Virus record (IMG/VR): IMGVR_UViG_3300025671_008697
Strand: one strand, 5' to 3'
DNA from: a virus
Lineage: Duplodnaviria > Caudoviricetes
DNA: 64,000 nucleotides
Shown here: positions 56,953 to 64,000 of the stretch, piece by piece
Position numbering within the stretch: position 1 is the first letter of the stretch
Layout of the letters: each line of letters opens with the position of its first letter
Made by a program: the position numbers and the translations under genes
The notes under the pieces: model-generated
Seen by the model: the letters and a program-made list of their open reading frames with translations, nothing else
What the model was told of the DNA's origin: nothing
Database searches by the model: none

Positions 56953-57546
56953 ATGTCTTTTGATACCGTTTTCGAATTTGAAAAAAGAATAGCAGAATAT
57001 TTTGGATCTCCTTACGTTATCAGTACGGACTCCTGCACCCACGCTATTGAATTATGTTTGAGATACGAGAATCCCGAAACAGTATCTATTCCTCAGCACA
57101 CTTATATTAGCATACCGTTCACTTTAATTAAATGCGGTATTGATTTTTCTTGGCAGGAAAATTATTGGCAGGATTATTATAATATTTCAAATACTAATAT
57201 TATTGACGGTGCCGTTTATTGGAAAATTCAAGGTTATATTCCTGGAAGTTTATTATGTTTAAGTTTTCAGCACAAAAAACAACTTTCTTTGGGAAGAGGC
57301 GGCGCTATTTTATTAGATAATAAAGAAAAATATGAATCACTAAGCCGCATGCGATATGATGGAAGAGATCTAAGTCGTCCTTGGGCAGAACAAGATTTTA
57401 CAGAAATAGGATATCACTATTATATGACGCCAGAAACTGCTCAACTTGGAATAGAAAAATTAAAGGATATTAATCCAAGCCAATCAAAAACTTGGTCGTG
57501 GCAGGATTATCCAGATTTAACTAAATTGACAGTTTTCAAAAAATGA
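56953..57546 (+). CDS. Miniature DegT/DnrJ/EryC1-type PLP aminotransferase-like protein 1
   Basis: FEKRIAEYFG, CTHAIEL, IIDGA, SFQHKKQLSLGRGG, GYHYYM; only 197 aa. Confidence 0.7.
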   Translation: MSFDTVFEFEKRIAEYFGSPYVISTDSCTHAIELCLRYENPETVSIPQHTYISIPFTLIKCGIDFSWQENYWQDYYNISNTNIIDGAVYWKIQGYIPGSLLCLSFQHKKQLSLGRGGAILLDNKEKYESLSRMRYDGRDLSRPWAEQDFTEIGYHYYMTPETAQLGIEKLKDINPSQSKTWSWQDYPDLTKLTVFKK

Positions 57547-58133
57547 CTTTCAACTCCATTTTAAAGTTTGAACAGGAGTTAGCCGAATTCACAGGCGCTC
57601 CTTACGCAGTCATGACTGACTGCTGTACTCATGCCATTGAACTTTGTTTTAGGCTAAATCGTCCCGATGTACTCAAGTTTACTGCTTACACTTATCTTAG
57701 CATTCCAATGTTGATGCACAAATTGGCTATACAGTATGAATATATGGACGAGCAGTGGACCAGCGAATACAGATTTTATGGATCAAATGTTTGGGACTGT
57801 GCTCGACGACTTGAAAAAGACATGTATAGACCCGAGCGCATCCAGTGTTTGAGTTTTGGTTGGGACAAGCCTTTACAAATAGGCCGTGGTGGTGCTATAC
57901 TATTAGACGACAAAAACAGTTATCAAAGGCTAATCGAAATGAGATACGATGGTAGAGACTTAACACAAGTGCCGTGGCAGGAGCAACGTGTGTTTAGAGT
58001 TGGTTATCATTATCGTCCCACAATTGAAGAAGCCGAGGCTGCATCCCAAGAACTTAAAAAAATTAAAATTACAACCCCCAAACCTAAATACAAACAGTAT
58101 CCGGACTTAAGAACTATAGAGATTGTAAAATGA
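57543..58133 (+). CDS. Miniature DegT-type aminotransferase-like protein 2
   Basis: FEQELAEFTG, CTHAIEL, VWDCA, SFGWDKPLQIGRGG, GYHY; 196 aa. Confidence 0.7.
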   Translation: MTFNSILKFEQELAEFTGAPYAVMTDCCTHAIELCFRLNRPDVLKFTAYTYLSIPMLMHKLAIQYEYMDEQWTSEYRFYGSNVWDCARRLEKDMYRPERIQCLSFGWDKPLQIGRGGAILLDDKNSYQRLIEMRYDGRDLTQVPWQEQRVFRVGYHYRPTIEEAEAASQELKKIKITTPKPKYKQYPDLRTIEIVK

Positions 58134-58921
58134 ATAAGAATATATTAATTTCTGGATGTTCTTGGGCAACTGGTTGTGGTCTACCTGAAGAGAAAAACAA
58201 TCCACGAAATTGGCCTACCCAACTAGTAAATGCAATTTGGCCTGGCGCAGATATGAACAATATTGCACAGAATGGAAATAATAACGACACAATATTCTTT
58301 ATGACGGCAGAAGAACTACTAAAAAACAGATATGATTGTGTTATTGTAGAATGGTCAGAAACTGCACGATTAAATTACAATATAGGATTAGAATTATATC
58401 ACACTTTGTCCAGGTGTGAATCTGACCATGACATAAATTTAGTAAATCACGAAACAGTCAAAGCAGACTGGTTGTATAAAAATATTAAACAAAATATAGT
58501 TAAAATTTCAAATGAGCATTGGTTTATTTTAAACATGGTAAGATATTTAAATATTTTAATACAATTACAAAAACCATATGGTGAGATATTTTTTGTAAAC
58601 GGTGGCGGGTGCTGGCCGGATGGCTATTTTAATAGGTGCGATTCCTGGACCGATGCCGACTCATACACAAAAAATGACATCCTACAAATGGATTTTAGAG
58701 ATGACGAAGAAATAGCACAACTCTATAGAAAAGTACATGATGACTATGAAAATGCAGGCGGAATCAATGAATACCGTTGGCTTAATCTATATAACTCATT
58801 GCATACGTCAAAAATAGATATAGCGTCTGACACCGATTTACATCCAGGAATATTATCACAAGATAAATTTGCTACAGAATTCATTTTAAAAATTAAAAAT
58901 ATTGGCAAACAAAATGTTTAA
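58130..58921 (+). CDS. SGNH-like hydrolase-fold protein
   Basis: ISGCSWATG, NIAQNGNNN, DLHPG. Confidence 0.55.
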   Translation: MNKNILISGCSWATGCGLPEEKNNPRNWPTQLVNAIWPGADMNNIAQNGNNNDTIFFMTAEELLKNRYDCVIVEWSETARLNYNIGLELYHTLSRCESDHDINLVNHETVKADWLYKNIKQNIVKISNEHWFILNMVRYLNILIQLQKPYGEIFFVNGGGCWPDGYFNRCDSWTDADSYTKNDILQMDFRDDEEIAQLYRKVHDDYENAGGINEYRWLNLYNSLHTSKIDIASDTDLHPGILSQDKFATEFILKIKNIGKQNV

Positions 58922-59462
58922 AAAAATTCAACTGTCAGATTTTAACTTTGATATCTTTTTGAATGCAGACTACACTCAACATACAGGAAGTTGTATAAAC
59001 CACCAGGTGCATGAATTAACTGATATACACACAAAGTATGGTGGATTTCCTACCTCTTATTGTTTAGAAAATACTATGATTCATCAACTTTGGTGGACCA
59101 AGGAACAAATAGATTTTGAAGATTTAGGAAATAAATTAGGTATAGACGTTGTCACGGTATCTAGTATTTTGCAACCTCCAGGGTGTGTAGTGCCTTTGCA
59201 TCGTGATACTTTTTATCAAATAAACAAAAAATATCCGGAACGTCAAGACCATAAAGTACGTGCAAATATTTTTTTAGAAAATTATAAAGTAGGTCATTTT
59301 GTACAGTATCTAGATGAAAATCAAAAAATTTATACAGTTGATAATTGGGATCGAGGGGATGGTTATATATGGGATAGTGAAATTTTACATTTAAGTTGTA
59401 ATGCAGGTATGCAAGACAAGTACACACTTCAGGTTTCAGGATTTTTAAAACAAGATAATTGA
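58914..59462 (+). CDS. 2OG-Fe(II)/cupin-fold oxygenase-like protein
   Basis: VVPLHRD, RANIFLE, LHLSCNAG..KYTLQ. Confidence 0.6.
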   Translation: MFKKIQLSDFNFDIFLNADYTQHTGSCINHQVHELTDIHTKYGGFPTSYCLENTMIHQLWWTKEQIDFEDLGNKLGIDVVTVSSILQPPGCVVPLHRDTFYQINKKYPERQDHKVRANIFLENYKVGHFVQYLDENQKIYTVDNWDRGDGYIWDSEILHLSCNAGMQDKYTLQVSGFLKQDN

Positions 59463-59471
59463 GATTACAAA

Positions 59472-60179
59472 ATGACAGAAAAAACACTAGCACAGGCCTT
59501 ACGTGAAAGAATGCGATCAGACAACAAACGTTTCTTTGCAGGAGATAACATCAGCGATTACGTAACAGACTCTGATCGTGAACAGTTGATCGAAGAAGCA
59601 ACAACTGCATTTGAATCTGTATTAGATGTATTGCTGATTGACAGGGAAAATGATCCCAACAGTCATGACACTGCTCGCAGACTGGCAAAAATGTACTTTA
59701 ATGAAATTATGGCAGGACGTTATGAGCCCAAGCCAGATGCTACTGCATTTCCCAACGAATCCAATCATGAACTGGATGAACCCTATGATGGTATGTTGGT
59801 TGTACGCAGTGAACTAAAAAGTATGTGCAGTCACCATCACCAGCCAGTTAGTGGTGTTGCTTACATCGGCATTTTGGCTGCTAACAAATTGATTGGTTTG
59901 AGCAAGTATACACGTATTGCACAATGGTGTGCTCGACGTGGTACACTACAAGAAGAACTTGCTATGACCATTGCCAGAGAAATTATGTGTGCCACAGACA
60001 GCAAAGATGTTGGTGTTTACATTCAGGCTACACATGGATGTTGTGAAAACAGAGGCATTATGGCACATAGCAGTCTTACACAGACCACAGTGCTCAAAGG
60101 TGCCTTTAAACAAGATCCAGGTACTAAGAAAGAGTTTATGGACAATATTAAACTACAACAGGAGTTTGCGCCGCGATGA
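59472..60179 (+). CDS. folE: GTP cyclohydrolase I
   Basis: TARRLAKM, SMCSHHHQP, GLSKYTRI, LQEE, HGCCENRG. Confidence 0.95.
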   Translation: MTEKTLAQALRERMRSDNKRFFAGDNISDYVTDSDREQLIEEATTAFESVLDVLLIDRENDPNSHDTARRLAKMYFNEIMAGRYEPKPDATAFPNESNHELDEPYDGMLVVRSELKSMCSHHHQPVSGVAYIGILAANKLIGLSKYTRIAQWCARRGTLQEELAMTIAREIMCATDSKDVGVYIQATHGCCENRGIMAHSSLTQTTVLKGAFKQDPGTKKEFMDNIKLQQEFAPR

Positions 60180-60595
60180 TACTTAAATTACTGGAACGTT
60201 TAGGTCGTCGACGCATTGTAATGGATCGTGTCAACGATGAACCCTACTTAGAACGTTACTATCTTTTCTTAAAGGATAGGCAGCGTTTTCCTTTTAATGT
60301 ATTCCTACATAAGTTTCTTAAGTCAGACCCAGATGATTTACACGATCATCCCTGGCCCTATGCTACGCTGATCCTAAAAGGTGGTTATTGGGAAACTACT
60401 CCAGAAGGACGTTTTTGGAGAAGTCCAGGACACTTTAGAATCTGTAAGGCCAACAGTCTACATAGAATCGAACTTGACCCCGAGGTTGAATGTTGGACTG
60501 TGTTTATGCCAGGCCCTAAACAGCGTGAATGGGGTTTTATCAAAAACGGTACTTGGACACAATGGGAACAATACTTAGCAGGTAGAGCAAAATGA
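60176..60595 (+). CDS. Cupin-fold protein
   Basis: LHDHPW, GGYWE, LHRIEL, REWGF. Confidence 0.65.
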   Translation: MILKLLERLGRRRIVMDRVNDEPYLERYYLFLKDRQRFPFNVFLHKFLKSDPDDLHDHPWPYATLILKGGYWETTPEGRFWRSPGHFRICKANSLHRIELDPEVECWTVFMPGPKQREWGFIKNGTWTQWEQYLAGRAK

Positions 60596-61098
60596 AACAA
60601 GAAATTATCAAACACCGAGAATTCAAAAGCATGGTGCAAAGCATCGGGCGCAAACTAACCAAGGTCACTAGTACATGGCAACCAGACTACATTGTGGGTA
60701 TTACTCGTGGTGGCCTGTATCCTGCACTGTTGCTCAGTCATTATTTAGACACGCCAATGCATGCACTTGGTGTAAGTCTACGTGACGAAAAAGAAAATGG
60801 TTGCGAAAGTAATCTATGGATGGCAGAAGATGCTTTCGCTGGCAAAAATATTCTTGTTGTAGATGACATCAATGACACTGGTGCTACCTTTAATTGGATA
60901 GTCGAAGATTGGCAGGCTGGATGCTTGCCCTATGACGAACGTTGGGCCATGGTATGGAACAACAACGTGCGTTTCTGTGCTATAGTAAATAATGCTGCCA
61001 GTGAGTTTCAATACAAAGTAGACTATACTGCTATGCCTATAGACAAAAGCAAAAACGACTGTTGGATTGTTTTCCCGTGGGAGAATCAGGGCGAATAA
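60592..61098 (+). CDS. Type I phosphoribosyltransferase (purine PRTase-like)
   Basis: GITRGG, PRPP-binding ILVVDDINDTGAT, WIVFPWE. Confidence 0.9.
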   Translation: MKQEIIKHREFKSMVQSIGRKLTKVTSTWQPDYIVGITRGGLYPALLLSHYLDTPMHALGVSLRDEKENGCESNLWMAEDAFAGKNILVVDDINDTGATFNWIVEDWQAGCLPYDERWAMVWNNNVRFCAIVNNAASEFQYKVDYTAMPIDKSKNDCWIVFPWENQGE

Positions 61099-61130
61099 TT
61101 AAAAAAGCAGGAGATAATTTACTTTAGATA

Positions 61131-62594
61131 ATGCATTTACAGTATTTAGATAATAAAAATAAAACACAAATAGACTTTGTTTTAGTTACAGTACCATGGA
61201 CTGACAGTTCTATGCCTTTAATGGCGCCAGCTGCTCTTAAACCTGTTATTGAGCAGGAAGGCTTATCTTGTTTAGCAATAGATTTGAATGCTGAAATCTT
61301 TGATTACACTAAGACTGCAAGTAATAAAGATAGTCTTATTCAATTTTTCTTTAATGGATACACAGATTCTGAAGCAGCAGCAACAGAACTAGAAGAGTTA
61401 TTTGTAGAAATTGCAAATAGAATTTTATCATATAGACCTAAGTATGTAGGATTGAGTATCTTTAGTTACGTTTGCCAACATAGTGCAAAATGGATTGCAT
61501 ATTTTCTAAAGAAAATGGATCCTGACTTAATTGTGTTAGTTGGTGGTGCAGGTTGTTTGAATACATTCACCGGACCATCAGAATTTGTAGACGAACTTAA
61601 AAATCTAAATCTAATAGATTATCATATCAGAGGTGATGCAGAGCATTCGTTGGCAGAATTTCTTAGGAAGAATAAAACATTCCATGGTATAAATTCGCTA
61701 ACTTGGAGTGAAATGAGCAATGATGAAATACGTTCATTGCCGATTCCCGACTACGATGATTATATTTTTGATTTTTACACACAAAAAACTATTCCTTTAG
61801 TCGGAAGTAGAGGATGTGTCAGACGATGTACCTTTTGTGATTATATTGCTAATTGGCATAAATTTACCTGGAGAGATGCTGACTCTATTTTCTCTGAGAT
61901 GCTGTTTCAAAATAAAAAATATAAGGTTAACAAATTTAAATTTCAAGACAGTCTAACTAACGGCAGCATTTCTGAATTTAGAAAATTAACCAAACTATTA
62001 GCAACACATAACAAAGATAATCCAAACAATGAATTTCGTTGGTCTGGTTATTATATATTTAGAGATGTAAACAACACCAGCGATTCAGATTGGGAATTGA
62101 TTTATAAAAGTGGCGCGGAAGTTCTTATGGTAGGCATTGAGAATCTTAATCAACATATTCGTTATGATATAGGAAAAAAATTTAACAATGAATCTATAAT
62201 ATATCATTTAGAAAAAGCACAACAATATAAGATCAAAATTTCCATGCTTAACATTGTAGGATACGTAACAGAAACAAGGTCTGATATAGAATATATTAAA
62301 CAATGGTTACGAGATAATACCAGATTTAAAGATAATATAGTTATACAGTGGGGCGGTACTTTAGGTATTTTTCCTAACACTTATTTGGAAAAAAATAAAG
62401 ATAGACTAGGAATAAGTATGATAGGAAATGGTCCTCCGCTCTGGATTAACAAGCAAACCGGTAGTACACCCTCAATGAGGGCGTCTTGGGCAAAAGAATT
62501 AAATGATTTTAGCAAAAGATTAGGGTACTCAGTTCATAATAATATTGATAATCATTACCTATTAGAAATGCTTATGCAAAATGAACAAGTATAA
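61131..62594 (+). CDS. Cobalamin-binding radical SAM protein
   Basis: N-terminal B12-binding-like domain (YVGLSIFS, VGGAG), SRGCVRRCTFC (CxxxCxxC), GIEN. Confidence 0.85.
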   Translation: MHLQYLDNKNKTQIDFVLVTVPWTDSSMPLMAPAALKPVIEQEGLSCLAIDLNAEIFDYTKTASNKDSLIQFFFNGYTDSEAAATELEELFVEIANRILSYRPKYVGLSIFSYVCQHSAKWIAYFLKKMDPDLIVLVGGAGCLNTFTGPSEFVDELKNLNLIDYHIRGDAEHSLAEFLRKNKTFHGINSLTWSEMSNDEIRSLPIPDYDDYIFDFYTQKTIPLVGSRGCVRRCTFCDYIANWHKFTWRDADSIFSEMLFQNKKYKVNKFKFQDSLTNGSISEFRKLTKLLATHNKDNPNNEFRWSGYYIFRDVNNTSDSDWELIYKSGAEVLMVGIENLNQHIRYDIGKKFNNESIIYHLEKAQQYKIKISMLNIVGYVTETRSDIEYIKQWLRDNTRFKDNIVIQWGGTLGIFPNTYLEKNKDRLGISMIGNGPPLWINKQTGSTPSMRASWAKELNDFSKRLGYSVHNNIDNHYLLEMLMQNEQV

Positions 62595-63003
62595 TGTAAA
62601 ACTAAAACTAGAATTTGGTAGTATCAATGGAAAATTTATGAATGTAGAATATCAAATTAATTCTAGTAGGGTAAAAAAAGTTTTAGTTAGTGAAAATGAA
62701 GGATTACTCGATGATGAAATTTCTTTGCCTGGAAAGGTACGTTTATTTTTTTCCAATAAAGACAATGCTACAGATACTATAGTTAACGAAAGTAATGAAA
62801 TAGTTGCTGATTTATACGTAAAAATATTAGGAATAACACTAGATAATTTTGATATTCCTCAAGTCTATATACAAAAAAACCTAAAGTTAGTTACAGAAAA
62901 AAATAATCAAATTAACACTAACTATATTGGCTTTAATGGAACTATGGAAATACCATTCGATCAAAATTCGGTATTTAAACAAATCAATTGGTTCAAAAAA
63001 TGA
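62581..63003 (+). CDS. Hypothetical beta-rich protein
   Basis: 140 aa; resembles 19855..20301 by eye. Confidence 0.55.
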   Translation: MNKYNVKLKLEFGSINGKFMNVEYQINSSRVKKVLVSENEGLLDDEISLPGKVRLFFSNKDNATDTIVNESNEIVADLYVKILGITLDNFDIPQVYIQKNLKLVTEKNNQINTNYIGFNGTMEIPFDQNSVFKQINWFKK

Positions 63004-63008
63004 GCAAA

Positions 63009-63014
63009 TAAATA
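63009..63014 (+). promoter_or_regulatory. TAAATA late-type promoter
   Basis: 6 nt before an ATG that opens the queD leader. Confidence 0.55.
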
Positions 63015-63020
63015 TTCTAT

Positions 63021-63088
63021 ATGCGGCCTTTTTGGAATCATCCCGCTATACAAATTCTGCTTCCTATGCTATAATTTTTACATAGGGA
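63021..63088 (+). promoter_or_regulatory. Candidate preQ1-I-like pseudoknot plus SD-sequestering hairpin in the queD leader
   Basis: P1 GCGG/CCGC, P2 GGAAU/AUUCU, A-rich L3 UAUACAA; anti-SD UUCCUAUG pairs with CAUAGGGA. Confidence 0.45.
63047..63075 (+). promoter_or_regulatory. Sigma70-type extended -10 promoter inside the queD leader
   Basis: TATACA-N17-TATAAT with TG at 63067-63068. Confidence 0.5.
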
Positions 63089-63093
63089 ACAAC

Positions 63094-63618
63094 ATGGCAA
63101 AATTTTATTCTACAAAAACTTACGGCAACGACAGAGGACTAAGTTGTTGCTTTAGGCAATGGCGTGCCACGCACAGTCATTGCAGTACACTACACGGTTA
63201 TGCAATCGGTATCAAATTGGTATTCGAATGTGACACACTGGATGACAAAAACTGGTGCATGGACTTTGGCGGACTCAAAGAGTTCAAGGCCTGGGCAGAC
63301 TATATGTTTGACCATACCTTAGTAGTTGCTCGAGATGATCCTCATCTAGCGTTTTTTAAACAGATGTCCAACATGGGTCTGCCATTAGACAGCGGCAGCG
63401 GCCAAGTACAGACTGTGAAACCGCATGAACGCGAAGCTGTTTGCGATTTGCGGATTGTAGAAGGTGTTGGCTGCGAAATGTTTGCAAAAATGTGCTACGA
63501 TAAAATGGCCGAACTGATTGCCAGTGGCACCATGCGTTATCCAATCAATCCCACTGTGCGTATCAAAAGCGCAGAAGTATTTGAACACGCAGGCAACAGT
63601 GCTATCTACGAAGGGTAA
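63094..63618 (+). CDS. queD: 6-carboxytetrahydropterin synthase (QueD/PTPS)
   Basis: CSTLHGY (CxxxHG), DFGGLKE, FDHTL, VFEHAGNSA. Confidence 0.85.
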   Translation: MAKFYSTKTYGNDRGLSCCFRQWRATHSHCSTLHGYAIGIKLVFECDTLDDKNWCMDFGGLKEFKAWADYMFDHTLVVARDDPHLAFFKQMSNMGLPLDSGSGQVQTVKPHEREAVCDLRIVEGVGCEMFAKMCYDKMAELIASGTMRYPINPTVRIKSAEVFEHAGNSAIYEG

Positions 63619-63623
63619 CTACT

Positions 63624-63956
63624 GTGACTAAACTTAAAATTTACGACATAGGTGGTGAAACAATCAAAGACAATGAAACTTATGTTTTAAAAGACAATAA
63701 AACTCTAAATAACTTAGTAATAAGTTCAACCGAACTACACGGCTTACAGAGCACCAGAGGACATCGCCACGAGGGACAGGAAGAAGTTTATTATTTTGTA
63801 AGTGGCACGGGAGAAATGGAGTTAGATAATGAAAAATTTCCAGTGCAGGGTGGCGATGTTGTGTTAATAAAGGATGGTGTGTTTCATAGAGTACACAATA
63901 CCAGTAACACAAAACTTTATTTTGTCTGTGTTTTTGATGGAAAAAGGAATCATTAA
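63624..63956 (+). CDS. Cupin-2 protein
   Basis: GHRHEGQEEVYYF, GVFHRVHN. Confidence 0.75.
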   Translation: MTKLKIYDIGGETIKDNETYVLKDNKTLNNLVISSTELHGLQSTRGHRHEGQEEVYYFVSGTGEMELDNEKFPVQGGDVVLIKDGVFHRVHNTSNTKLYFVCVFDGKRNH

Positions 63957-63958
63957 TA

Positions 63959-64000
63959 ATGAAAAAATTACTATTAGCAATGTTGTTTGTGCCTGTCGTT
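63959..64000 (+). CDS. Start of a secreted protein, 3'-truncated by window edge
   Basis: MKKLLLAMLFVPVV signal-peptide-like start. Confidence 0.5.
   Translation, partial: MKKLLLAMLFVPVV

Noticed and set aside
6244-63912. Numerous 60-140 aa ORFs antisense to, or nested in, long genes in the ORF track
   Set aside because: They lie opposite well-supported genes, lack SD or promoter context and show no motifs; treated as shadow ORFs.
1-64000. Bacterial chromosome interpretation (glyA, aceA, clpA, dnaJ, folE, dps)
   Set aside because: These genes lack operon partners and are mixed with phage polB, spanins, endolysin and late motifs at very high coding density.
1-64000. CRISPR arrays, tRNA or rRNA genes, IS elements, integrases
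   Set aside because: No repeat-spacer array, cloverleaf with TTC/CCA features, or transposase/integrase motif was seen; intergenic gaps are mostly too short. A tRNAscan run would be needed to be certain.
1-64000. Stop-codon reassignment as in some jumbo phages
   Set aside because: Conserved enzymes are full length under the standard code, and at least one gene (31926..32357) ends cleanly at TAG before the next ATG.

Overview
This 64 kb window is best read as part of a jumbo T4-like (myovirus-type) phage genome, probably infecting a Gram-negative host. A freshwater Betaproteobacterium is my inference from boxB, aceA and the BMP protein; it is not proven. Phage evidence: family B DNA polymerase, clamp and clamp-loader fragments, PhoH, a GH19 endolysin with holin-like and spanin genes, TAAATA late-type promoter motifs, and metabolic genes that appear without their usual operon partners. 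Layout: (1) 1-10.4 kb replication end, phoH, and a transport/sulfur/methyl island. (2) 10.5-20.3 kb late genes, lysis, and dnaJ-clpA. (3) 20.3-33.4 kb ORFs with T4-like capsid-targeting N-termini and Glu-delimited modular polyproteins. (4) 33.4-43.8 kb aceA, boxB, aldolase, glyA, a candidate structured RNA and a sugar-nucleotide cluster. (5) 43.8-49 kb polymerase and clamp. (6) 49-64 kb 7-deazaguanine (TGT/DpdA-like, FolE, two QueD-like) plus tailoring enzymes. Strongest leads: the protease-processed head polyproteins carrying enzymes and basic Cys peptides, phage-borne BoxB next to isocitrate lyase, an extended deazaguanine DNA-modification locus, a preQ1-I-like switch candidate before queD, and repeated promoter-to-start spacings that imply leaderless mRNAs. 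All family calls are from motif recognition only; no database searches were run.
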